NCBI GenBank assembly: GCA_030390025.1
Contig: CM059448.1
Location: 14,074,001-14,138,000, forward strand
Reading direction: 5' to 3'
From: Squalus acanthias
Taxonomy: Eukaryota
Length of the DNA: 64,000 bases
The translations under genes and the position numbers were made by a program. Of the stretch, positions 51,295 to 63,249 are shown in pieces; positions within the stretch are counted from its first letter, which is position 1; every line of letters starts with the position of its first letter. Under the pieces are notes generated by a model. The model was not told where the DNA came from. It was given only the letters and a program-made list of their open reading frames with translations, and searched no databases.

Positions 51295-54200
51295 AAGTGC
51301 TATGAATTTTCTGTGCATTTAATTAGGGGTGTAAAGATTCAATTCCCTTTTGTCTAAATACCGTGCTATGGTAAAAGGAATATATATTCAAGTTTTATTC
51401 CTTTCATTGTGTACCTACTTATGCATTTACTTTCATTTCCTCAAGTGTTTATTACTTTAATCAGCTGGGCTGCTCAGAGTATTTTTTGTACTAATTTTAG
51501 TAAATTATGCAACGCAAGGACTCACAATAAAGCGATGTCCAAGTTGTCATGCATTGCTCATTTTTCCAGAGAAGGGCGAAAGAAAAAGGGAGGGGAAGCG
51601 ATATGATTTTGCACGTCAGCTAAGTTGTCCTGCTACCCAATTTAGCATAATTCTCAACTGGAAAATATGCCATCGTAATCTTGATTATCCAAACAATGAG
51701 CACAGTGTTCCAACCAGGGGGGAAAAAGCGTGCAACAAAATTAAATTGGGTGAAATTATAATTAAAGGAATTACTTCATCACTGGTCTGAGTTAAGTTCC
51801 CACTGAAGTATCCAGGTGGCATCCTTGGTGCGTTATAAAATTACAGGGCAGGGAATGCTTGAAATGTGGGCTGCAGGTACACAAGTGTAACAAAAATTCT
51901 TATAAAACAAGCTGACTAGTTTATTTTTTTTTTTAAATAAAAAGCAATAATAGCTGAAATGAGCACTTTTTTCAGTTTCCACTCCATTTTAGTTCTGAAT
52001 TATGTTTACTTGAATAGAAAATCCTTTCTTGTTGAGCTGAGTAGGGGTGTGGGTGGCTGGCAGAGAAGACAGAGGATAATTGTACATTTGTTAAGGGTAT
52101 AACTGAGCAGATGAGAAGAGAATCTGGGGGTTGGAGACTGCAAGGAAGTGAAGGATTATGGAATGCCCCAATCAGATTTCAAAATGAGTCGAGCGTTCGA
52201 CAAAACTAGAAGGGGCATCTAATAGGGAGTTATTTTAGTATTGTATTAAACAATGTTGTAAAGTAATTCCAAGATCCATTGCCTTTCAAAACTCTCAACT
52301 GTAAAATACCAACTTTTAAAAATATATACATTTAGTCTTCAAGATCAGTTTATAAGAAAAATTCTGATCTATTTTTGGAAAGTTAAATTAGAAAAAGAGT
52401 GCAGCTATACAAACTAATTTGCTGTAGAAACAAATTAAAGAGAGGCTGATGTGCATTTAGAAACAATTATTTATCAAAATAAATGTGCGTTAATTACATA
52501 ACATTTAACAACAATGAGATTGATTTAAGATTTTTAAGTGCAATATTTTCCATTAAAAAAAAAAAAAAATAGTAAATGTTGTCAACCGTGCCCTGTGATT
52601 ACCTGAAAATAATTCCGATTACAAATCAAAAAAAAGGAGCGAATCCCTGAAAATCAGCTTTTTTTTTTAGGAAAACTGTGCATTTATATTGCACACTGCT
52701 TCAGGAAATGGCATTGCAACAACTCTGGTTTCTGGGTGCTGTAAAAAAAAAATACCACTTATATTGCACCGTGGTTTGTATAGCAATGGTTCAGCACTGG
52801 AGTCTGTATCTGCAATACTGGCCGGGAGCTATACCTGCCCCAATGTCTGAGGAAGGTCTGTAGAGACCAGCAAAAACAGAATCACTTCACTGAGCTCAGA
52901 GTCGCTCAGCCAGCCTCCAAAAGCAAGTCCACATACTGTTTCTGTTGCTAGTGGGATTGGCACCTGGCGGTGGCCAAACAGTAGCAATGAGCCGTGTCCA
53001 CTGATGACAGAGCTGCCCTTTAAAGTGATTATATTGCTGTTGTTTACATAGTGACTCATTTAGTTTTAACATACTGACTTGCACCTTCAAACAGCACACT
53101 CTAATTTCAGTTCAAATGCTAACGCTCAACATAAAAAGGAGATAGTCTTCCAACGAGCTTTGGCCAGTTTACAATCTATCCCAACAGTATAATGCCAAGT
53201 AATTCATCACTGCTACCTGATGCCTCAGCTACAAATCTCACCTCCCCCAAAATAGATTGCAACACATAATCACATTCAAATACTGGTGGTGCATTTCTCT
53301 CCTCACCACACACTTCTACACACTCTCCACCACCACCCCTCCCCCCAACCATCACACACAATATCTTAACATTTCTAAATTCAGTTCTCGTTTACTTTTA
53401 GTATAATGCCCCGTAATAGAGCTTACTTTGTAATTTCATCAACCCTAATCCTCCACTTGTTTGTGAATTGATTTCAAAGAATTTTCACCAAATGTTACTT
53501 CTGCCAAAGCCAGGTACAGGTACTGAATTACAATCCATGGCAAGTGAATATAAAGATTCTTTTCACTCCAAATGTTATTGTGGATATTGTACTCGTACAA
53601 CTTGAAGATAGCTGCAAACAAAACTTTTTCAAAATCTAAAGACATTTAAAGGTTGCTTAAAAGCTGGTAAAAGATGTGCGTCATTAGGGTGGTTACCTAG
53701 TGTTGACTACCACCTCCATAGCATAAATCACACCCCACTGAGTAGAAGGGATTTTTTTTTTTTTAATTAAAAAGGGCACAGATGGAGCTTTAAAGCTTCT
53801 ACACTTTTTGAATTTTGCATTTTAGTGCTTACTTAAAAAAGTTCAATTACTGCCCGTTTCCAAATCAAGTGATGGTATTTACACTCAAAATGTAACCAGT
53901 TTATACTTCATGTTTAAATGTACATTGGAGTGCTGCATTTACATCAGTGCTTCTGTCACCTCCAACAGCAATTCTTTAAATACAAGGGAGGTGGTTTTGC
54001 TGACAGCAACAACACAGAGCATCATTTCAAGAGATGGCGTCTCCCCTTGCCACTGGTAGAAACACTGTTGAATAGCAACATATATCCAGGAAAGCAATGA
54101 CGGCTGTTTAAGTGAGCAGTTTTTGCATTGGTAGCCTGTACAGACCTTCAGCATGCAGGGGAGGTCAAAAGACAAAAGTTGTAATCTTGACATTTAGACA

Positions 54201-55068
54201 ACCACTGCTCCCCTTCAGTTGCACAATCTGTATTAGCTGCTATTGCAGTGGATTTTACCAGGCCCATGTTTCACAGCCTGTAGACAAGAGTTCAAGTCCT
54301 ACCACAGTCCGACTCTCCGATTCACCAGGTACATACAAGATCGTTGACATCACTTCAGTGTCGTTCCTCCAAGTAGGAAAACTGTGTTAACTCTCAGCAG
54401 AGCGTGGATAATCATTGGTGCCAAAACTTGGGAGAACTCAACATTCTGCCAAATTTTCCAGCTAAAAAAACCAGACTACAGCCAGAGCCAATGGAGGCAT
54501 CAAAAAGGACAGAACGTGAATGCAATTTATTAATTTTTAAGGGGGTGGGATTCCAGAGAATTAACTGGAGGGCTTGAATAAAATGTTATCGCAGCTTTGC
54601 TGAAGAAAATCACTTAGAAAAAGGCAACTGCGTTTAAGAAACCATTTTTCAACTGAACCAACACCTTTCTTTAACTGCTCTCTTCACAAGAAATGTCAGA
54701 TATTAGTGTATTAATCTCACTTTCTCCTATTATTAGGATGAACAATGAATGCGACAATATCCGTAAGATTTTATAAAACAAATCATTTTGTGTGAGGTAA
54801 TGCGAAACTGAACATGAAGGACCTGTCAAAGTTAGAAGACAGCAAGACGTATAGAGGTACTTCAGATAACTAGATAATCTATTTAGAAGAGCACATCAAT
54901 TCAAACATGAGCATGCCAACTACTGTCCATATGGCTCCAGTGGGCCCCTCTATGTTCTACTTTGTCAAGCAACAAATCACAGGCAAGAAATACAGAGAAG
55001 CACAGTTCTAAGCTGAGATAATATTGGCACACTTTGTGAACAAATGGAAGAGCTAAATGAAAAAATAC

Positions 55069-55095
55069 CTCTGGGTCATGCATTTTTGCCGTGTT
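55069..55095 (-). CDS. GIT1: GIT1 27-nt alternative microexon, (R)TRQKCMTQ(S)
   Basis: aatag|AACACGGCAAAAATGCATGACCCAGAG|gtattt; phase 2/2; resembles the mammalian GIT1 insert RSRQKCMSQ; branch-like TTCTAAC, pyrimidine tract and TGC upstream. Confidence 0.93.
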
Positions 55096-55898
55096 CTATT
55101 TTCCAAGGAATGCAAAGGAGGAAAAACAGGAAAATTTGTTAGAATAAGCAACCTATGATAACCCAAGATGGCACCAGACTTTGAATATTTGTGAATCTCC
55201 TGTTACTTTCAGGTCTCAACACATCTCCTTAATGAGGCATTGACAGATTGAACCATTTTATATCTTAATCAATGCAATAGCGTTGTTGCATTAATGCTGA
55301 AAACAATAAGGATGCAATTTGTCAACTTCAACAAAAAATTACTGTGACTAGTTGCATCCATGTTTTAGGCTACAAAAAAAACACAAATATACCTAGAACA
55401 CATTAACCATTACAACTATACCATACACCAACAACATACACTAGATTCACTCCATTGTATTCACCCAGACTCTCAAGCCCACTTACATGGGACTCAAGTT
55501 CATAAGCAACTCAAGTATACTTCAGCAGTTCAGGCTATTAGAATTTTCAAAGCCATTTAAATGAAGAGCTTTTAACAGTCAGAGAAATTTATGATTCACA
55601 GGAAACTGTGGCCATTATTACAAATAATTGGAGAATGACAGGGTTAAAAATAGACTGGATTTTTACTCTTTATCCAGCAGTAACTCCAGGTGTTAAATCA
55701 AATCAGAATCAAGTCAGTATAAACACAAGAAAGGGAATCAATCTAAACTTACGTATGGCATACCTACTCTTTCCCCAAACCCAAAGATAAATACAAAGTG
55801 TTGTTTGATTAGTTATTTTTCATAAATAAATTAATTGTAGTGTAAATTGGACTTCTTAAAAAGGGGCACCACCTTCAAGAAAAATCTTTTCACACATT

Positions 55899-56494
55899 GA
55901 GCCAGATTTTGCTGTAGCAGGGCATCGAACAACATAGAAACATAGAAACATAGAAACATAGAATCTAGGAGCAGGAGTAGGCCATTCGGCCCGTCGAGCC
56001 TGCTCCGCCATTCAATACGATCATGGCTGATCATCCAAATCCAGTACCCTGTCCCTGCTTTAATCCCCACAGTACACATATCCCACCCTACCCCCGTAAC
56101 CCCACATATTTAATCCCCCCTAACACTAAGGGTCAATTTATCATAGCCAAATCAACCTAACCCACACATTTTTGGACTGTGGGAGGAAACCGGAGCACCC
56201 GGAGAAAACCCACGCAGACACGGGGAGAATGTGCAAACTCCACACAGACAGTCACCCGAGGTCAGATTCTGCCATTAGTTAGATTTGCCCTTGCATGTTT
56301 AGGCTTCTAAATGTTTTGCAAGTTGCTGAAAGTGCGAGTGAACAGGGCAAGCAACTGGGTATCTCCTTAACCAATCAGATTGAAGGATTATGAAATTAAA
56401 CAGAGCAAAGACTGAGAAGGAAGTGTAAATTAGAGTGGGTGAATTCAATGTCAAATCAGGTACAGAATGAGAAAGAGGGGAAAAGAAAGATTGG

Positions 56495-56529
<35 letters not shown>

Positions 56530-56970
56530 AGACAGAAAGGGAAAGTTAAAAAAAGTTTAATTTTAAAGTTTACATTTTTTAAATCTTCAACAATTAATAT
56601 CTGAAGGAATGAGACTCCACACTTGTAATAAGTTTCAGTGCAAGAGAGGTTGATTGGCAGTAATTAACACATCATTAAAAGGGTACTTAGACTTGAAATG
56701 GCAAGACTTAACTTTCTGTGGCCAGTTTAGTTCGTATCTACCACACAAATACAGCAACTTCATGCCGTTCAATGCATTTCACTGGTGAGGCAGATAGTGA
56801 GATGCCGTTTTCACGAAGCCAACGCAGAGCAGCACAACTCAGACGGCAACGTTTGGATATTTGAGTTTAACTGCGCATCTGCTCCTCGTCTGAAATTGCT
56901 GTGCCATTTGCGCATAAATAACGGCAAGCCCCATTAGCCTCACCGTTATTTTGAGTGCAAAATTTGGCCC
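55899..56970. mobile_element. Harbinger-type non-autonomous element with nested SINE and (GA)n
   Basis: TIRs GAGCCAGATTTTGC / GCAAAATTTGGCCC; ATT on both flanks. Confidence 0.75.
55927..56263 (-). mobile_element. HE1-like V-SINE with CR1-derived 3' tail
   Basis: V-domain GGGAGGAAACCGGAGCACCCGGAGAAAACCCACGCAGACACGGGGAGA; (CATAGAAA)n tail; CR1 3' UTR. Confidence 0.88.
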
Positions 56971-57509
56971 ATTATTGTGTGCTCATTAAACACACAATGA
57001 AATGAATCATGTCAAGATATAGAATTGCACAAAGGACAAATTATGCTTCTGGCTCATCTCCCTATCCCCAAAAAAATAAGCGTGCCAAACATTTTTTCCA
57101 GCAAGATACTGCTACATAAGAAATCTAAGGAATTCAAAAATCACTTGCTCTTTACAAATAATCTCAACCACAGGCTACTCTTATGACCTTGGGGAAATTT
57201 CAGCTGCCCAGCCAACTCAAAGACCCATTCCAGACCACATGTGGGACACATATACTATTAAAGTAAGATACAGCTTTACTTCTGTTAAAATATGGTGTAT
57301 TTTAAAGAATGCAGCACAGCTCTTTAGATATCAAGTCTTATTTTCAGAGAACAAAAGTAAACTTAATCAGGACTGGATTTTAATCATCTGAAATTACTGT
57401 GTGGGATACTAGTTTAGAAATACTTAATGCACGTGTCTAAAATTCCACTCCACTATTTTAGTGGAAGTATTACCCAATTTAAAAAGCAAGGATCAACACG
57501 TCTGCTAAC

Positions 57510-57840
57510 AACTTGCATTTATACAGCATCTTTAATGTACAAAATGTTCTAAAACACATTACAGATAAACAACAAGTGGCACAGATGCCAAACCATGGCA
57601 AGGAAGTTAGGAGAGGTGACCAAAAGGCCATGTTGAAAAGAAGGGCTTTGAGGAAGCTTTAAGAGGACAGGAGAGAGTTGGAGAGATGGGTTTAGGGGAG
57701 GGTTTCAGAGAGTGGGGCTAACACAGCTGAAGGCTCTGCCACCAGTTGAGAAAAGGGACGCTGGGAGGCGCAAGGCACAGGAGGAAGAACAAAGGGTGCA
57801 AATCACAGTGCTCCATGGCATAATTTCAAGGCACAGGCTT
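57510..57840 (-). mobile_element. L2 3' end fragment
   Basis: Resembles 24431-24780. Confidence 0.7.
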
Positions 57841-58865
57841 TTTTGATACAATACTGAAAAGGAATTGTGCACATCACTCGATATTACCTTGCTTAGTAAA
57901 TACAATTATACAGAGTAGTTTCAAAGCGTGCTAAAAGCATCCAATGTCTGTTTGTAGGTCAGCTATGTTTTGCCAAATCCTGTGAATGAGGCATTTATGA
58001 TTAGGCATTGGCTGAGAATTTCCACTTCTGTGCTTGCCAGCCTGTGATTTTCTGCCCAGCAAAGCGAGTGGACAGAAATTCACAGGCTGCGGATGCATGA
58101 GTGGAAAAATCCAAGGCCACCTTTCTCCCAAGCTATCAAATGGGATTTACAGCCATAAGCATCCTATTTTTCCAGTGACTTATTGTGGCAATAGATTATT
58201 ATGGTTTTGATTTTATGTAAAGTTTAATCTTTTAGAATTATTAACCATTAAAGGTGCAAACAAAAATATAAACTCAAAGGGTCAATAAAGCATTTTACTG
58301 GTTTCACCAGATTTTTAAACGGCTTCAGGAAATGGAGAATCTAGTCAGGAATGTGGTGCACTGGTCTTTCACAAAAGTTACTGTTATTGCTAATTTAATG
58401 TGGGTGCTCTGAAGTGTATAGTTTTAAATAATTGAAGTGGATCAAAAAGTAGACAGCACGGTGTGAAGGCAGTTCTAAAATCTATTTGTTATATTATACC
58501 TTGTTACTGCAAAATTAAGTGATTCATTAGAATTTTCATAAAGCAGTGGAAATCATAATAAATGAATGGCTAAAAGTGGGTAATCAACCTGAGCATTCCA
58601 GTAGCTCATTCCATGTCTGTACCGCATGTGGCCACAAGATGGCAGAACAGTTAAGATTTTCCCTCAAGTCGGCTCAGCCTCCAAAACAGAAAATGCTAGA
58701 AATGTTTGTGTTTTGGATTTCCAGCATCTGCAGTTGTTTTGCTTTAGAATCTGCTCCAAACTGCCCACTTTTTCCAAACATGTCCGATCAACACTTCAAA
58801 TAACAGATAACCGCGGGGGAAGTTTCATTTTAGTCAATGTCCTAAATGAAAGATCACGCTTCATT

Positions 58866-59124
58866 AGGCCCCGATTTTAACTCCAGGTGGATTCCCCGCT
58901 CAGGCCGGAGTTAAAATTACAGTCGGGTCTCAATGATGTCATTGGGCTGCAACATGCAGACCCTGTTGGCTTTGGGCGCGTGATCTTGCTGCCTGCTCAG
59001 AAGAGCAGGTTAAAATTGCAGATGTTGCGATCATGGCGACTTTCAGACAGTTAAAAGAGCCAGGGCAATTTTAACTGCCCACCCACCAGGTTTCTGCTGA
59101 GCGAGTAAGGTTAAAATTGCCCCC
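58866..59124. mobile_element. Harbinger-type MITE
   Basis: AGGCCCCGATTTTAAC ... GTTAAAATTGCCCCC; ATT flanks. Confidence 0.6.
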
Positions 59125-60618
59125 ATTGAATTTTACAGCTCATAAGGAGGCCATTAAATCCATCACGCTCGTGTCGAGTCTCTGAAAGAGCAATCCACGT
59201 AGACCCTTTCCCTTGCCCTTTTAAATAGAATCATAGAATTTTGTTTTAGTAAGAGTACTTTTTAAAAACAGATCTTGAATCTCAATCTTGAATTTGGTTC
59301 CTTTGCCCATGAAGACAGGATGGTTAATACTTTGATCAGACACTCAATAGGATGTATTGAGAGAAAGCAAGCACGCTGGGGGAAAAAAAACAAAAGTACT
59401 TTTGGCAGAGGAGGGAGGTGAAGGTGGGTGAGGTGATGGGGAGGAGGATGAGGAGTGAGGGAGCAAAAGGGGTGGGAGGGAGGGGGAGAAAGAAAGGTAG
59501 GATGGGGGGGGGGGGGGGGGGGGGGACGGACAACGAGGGGTGGCAAGAGGCACTGTCCAAAGGCCAAGTTTGATGGTCAATGGGCATAATACCAGTAGAA
59601 TGCTGCAACCACTCACTATTTCTAATGGATATACTAGTCGATCTCCCATGGCATTTCACACAGGGAGTCAAGACCAAAGGCACCATTAGGGAGACAAGAG
59701 GAGGAGGGGTTGAGAGGAGGGGAGAGAAAAGATCAAAAGGGAGGGAATGGACATGGAGTTGTGTGTTTCAGATGGAAGATGAGGGAATAGAGGAGAGATC
59801 ATAGTTCCGGCCACCAAAATGTGACTCAGCAGTGAGGATGGGTCTTATTTCTGCTTCAGCAGAGAGTGGTTGTCGTCTGCCAACCACTGGAAGGGAGGTT
59901 GGGATCCAGATGGCACTTTGTATCTCCGCTGGGAAGAGGAATATTCCATTTGTCTCCCAGCGGTATGTGGGAGAGGCAGCGGGGATTTCTATAGTTACCT
60001 TTTCAGCCTGCTTCACTCGCACGCCAGCATCTGTGTGAACTGCTTCGGTGTCAGTTTCCGTCTTTATTTCCTGTTCATTTATGGGCCCTTATTCTTCAGT
60101 TCTTGGCTTCTAAGTACAGTGACTTATTCGGGACTCATATTACCTCCCTTTTGCTGAACCTTAAAACTTGTTCTCTTCAGTTCCGCGACTTCGGTTCCCC
60201 GTTCAGTTATGGGGTTAGCAGCGCCATCCTTTCCATTGAAACAGTTGGCTGCTACTTTCCCAGACGACTGGCTTCTTGAACTCCTTTCCAATTCAAATGT
60301 GCTTTTTTTATCCATGTGTTATTCAACTGTTTTCCCCATGAAACTTTAACATGTTGGCTTGAAATGAGAGTTTCTACATTTTTCCTTTGGGTGGTTGTGT
60401 CACATAACTTTATGCTCACAGCACCCTCCACAGGTGCAATACCTTAGGACTGTTGAGACCAATCACCATTTTTGATATATTATAGCTATATTTACATATA
60501 CACAGATACATTACACATGGAATAACGCTCAAACCTCATTCCATAATTTAGCACTTTTTAGATGAATCTAATTTTATTACATTTAATCAATATTATAAAT
60601 ATTTAACCACTAACGTAA

Positions 60619-60621
<3 letters not shown>

Positions 60622-60652
<31 letters not shown>
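60622..60652. repeat. (GA)n microsatellite
   Basis: Direct reading. Confidence 0.9.
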
Positions 60653-60654
<2 letters not shown>

Positions 60655-61089
60655 TTTCCTCCTCTCCTGTTTTCTTCAGAGGCTTTATGTGCTATTAAAA
60701 TTCGACTTTTCAAAGTTAAATTAGATGAGGTTAAGTCAATGTCTGTTTGTGAGACAGAGATTTTAACACCTATGAGACAGAAAGAGAAAGGCAGAATTTA
60801 GCACCGGCCTTTCCTAACAGTCAGGTGGAGATAATTAGTTGGCTTCAAAGTTCTCACTCACACAGCCTCTCGAGTGTTTTTTTTAAAACTCACTCAATAT
60901 AAATTGTACCTCATTAATTTGAATGTCTTTTTAAAAGGAGACTTATTCTTAATATAACCTTATATTTTAAACATTTTTTTCCCCCGGTTACTCCAGAGAA
61001 CCTTACAGAACACCAGCTTGACAGGGAAAGCAGAACGAGTCGGTCGGTCAGTCATGTGGAGGCAAACAAATGAAAGGAAATGAATGCTG

Positions 61090-61530
61090 TTCTAGCTTTC
61101 CCCAAAGGATACAATCCACCACCTTAAATATTCACTCCCTCCACCACCGGCGTGCCGTGGCTGCAGTGTGTACCATCTACAAGATGCACTGCAGCAACTC
61201 GCCAAGGCTTCTTCGGCAGCACCTCCCAAACCCACAACCTCTACCACCTAGATGGACAAGGGCAGCAGGCGCATGGAACACCACCACCTCCCAGCTCCCC
61301 TCCCAAGTCTCACACCATCCTGACTTGGAAATATATCGTCATTCCTTCATTGTCGATGGACCGAAAATCTGGAACTCACTCCCTAAAAGCACTGTGGGAG
61401 TACCTTCACCACACGGACTGCAGCAGTTCAAGGCGGCAGCTCACCACCATCTTCCCAAGGACAATTAGGCAATAAATGCTGGCCTTGCCAGCGACGCCCA
61501 CATCCCGTGTATGAATAAAAATAAAAAAAC
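61090..61530 (+). mobile_element. Non-LTR retrotransposon 3' end; clade uncertain
   Basis: LNIHSLHHRRAVAAVCTIYKMHCSNSPRLL...WNSLP; A-rich tail. Confidence 0.85.
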
Positions 61531-62290
61531 AATTGAAGAGAATGTTCTAAATGGTTCAAACGCAAGAAAGTAATAAAGTGCTGTGAATATAAAAGTTGAT
61601 GCTGCAGCAGGCAGGTTTACTAGATTACAGATATCATGAGCGGCATTGCAAAAATTCAGGCACTGCATAACCTGAACTGCAGTAATTGAGGACAGGAGAG
61701 TCATTCAGAGGTTACATTGCTCCAAATTTAATCACTAGAATTTCTATATGGAACACCACTTACAAGCTGTTGGGATGTGTTTTGAAAAGATCCAAGTGCC
61801 AGAAGCATAATAATCCAAAGCATATCCCTTTGGACTCTGGCCATCGCAACTGCAGGTGGACAAAATTTAATGAAGTCTTTTGTATGTCTATAAATAAACT
61901 GCCATGCTGCAGCAGAGACAGTGACTCAGGTTGAGGAAGAGAATCTGTATTCAGTATTTTAGACTCGCATTTAAACAAGGCCCTACTTTTAATTAATCTT
62001 GCTCTCGTCTTTTCGGCCTTTCCATAACAGACTTCAATCCCCGCCTGACCAGCAGATGATCTGCTCCCAGGCTCTTGGCAATCCGGCTTTTGAGCCAGCT
62101 ACTGGGCACAGACAACGGTTCAGAGTAATTCTCTGCCTGATTTCTTCCCCCCCTGGGAAAGTCTGCTACTGTTCCCAATCCAAATAACATGGCTGGCATT
62201 GAATTGCCTTTAAAAAAAGCTGAAAGCAAGAAGTAGCCAGTCTAAGCCACCAAGCTCTCATCACATAAAATATATCAAAATAAAACGCAT

Positions 62291-62937
62291 TTTAGGAGTT
62301 CAGATACACAAATCACTAAAAGTAGCAACGCAGGTTCATAAGGTCATAAAAAAAGTAAACAAGGTACTGTGGTTCATTTCTAGTGCGATAGAATTGAAAA
62401 GCAGAGTTTAATGTTGTATAGTACCTTGGTTAGACCACACTTTGGAGTACTTGTCTCCATATTATTAAAAGGATATAGAGGCACTGAAGGTGGTGCAAAA
62501 AAGATTTACTAGAATGATACCAGAACTGAGAGATTATACCCATTAGGAAAGATTGAACAGGCTGGGGCCCTTTTCTCTAGAAAACAGAATTCTGAGGGGT
62601 GACCTGATAGAAGTCTTTATGGTGAAAGGGTTCGATAGGGAAGATGTTTCCACTTGCGGGGGAGACCAGAACTAGGGGCCATAAATATAAGATAGTCACT
62701 AATATATCCAGTAGGGAATTCAGGAGAAACTTTACCCAGAGAGTGGTTAGAATGTGGAACTCACTACCACAAGGAGCAGTTGAGGCAAATAGCATAGATG
62801 CATTTAAGGGGAAGCTAGATTAAAAACATGAGGGAGAAAAGAATAGAGGGATATGTTGATGGGGTTAGAAGGCGAGTGTGGAGCATACACGACATGTGTT
62901 GGGCCGAATGGCTCGTTTCTGTGCGGTGAATTCTATG
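62291..62937 (+). mobile_element. CR1 3' fragment, older subfamily
   Basis: LVRPH.EY, LRGDLIEV, FTQRVVRMWNSLPQ remnants; TTCTATG tail. Confidence 0.88.
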
Positions 62938-63249
62938 CAAGATCATGTAAGAGTTCAAACAATATTGGGAACTGAAGTTGTCCAACACATCTTCAGTCCC
63001 ACTTTACAGGGGATACCATTATGCAGTTACAGAAAAGACATCTCCTTCCAGTGTTCCAGCAAATATGCATAATTTGAATGTGCTGAAAAAACACAAGAAC
63101 ATTTGAAAAGGTGGTTCTGAACCATCTGAACACTTGTGTGAAGTGAATAAACTGCCTTAAATTGTAAAGAGGCCACTGGAAAATGAGAGAGGTTATTGCA
63201 CAGTTATGTAATGAAAAAATTGCATAGCTAAGTGTTTACAGGGGTGAAG

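Noticed and set aside
52896-52935. LAERL peptide resembling the GIT ankyrin-region HELAERL
   Set aside because: A five-residue match followed by a stop, in the wrong position in the exon order
1461-55095. Calling the gene GIT2
   Set aside because: RRENDA, TLVTERSAVPF, NAREFATLII, RRDRQA and the RQKCM microexon are GIT1-type
59262-59686. Proline-rich ORFs
   Set aside because: Artefacts of G/A-rich low-complexity sequence
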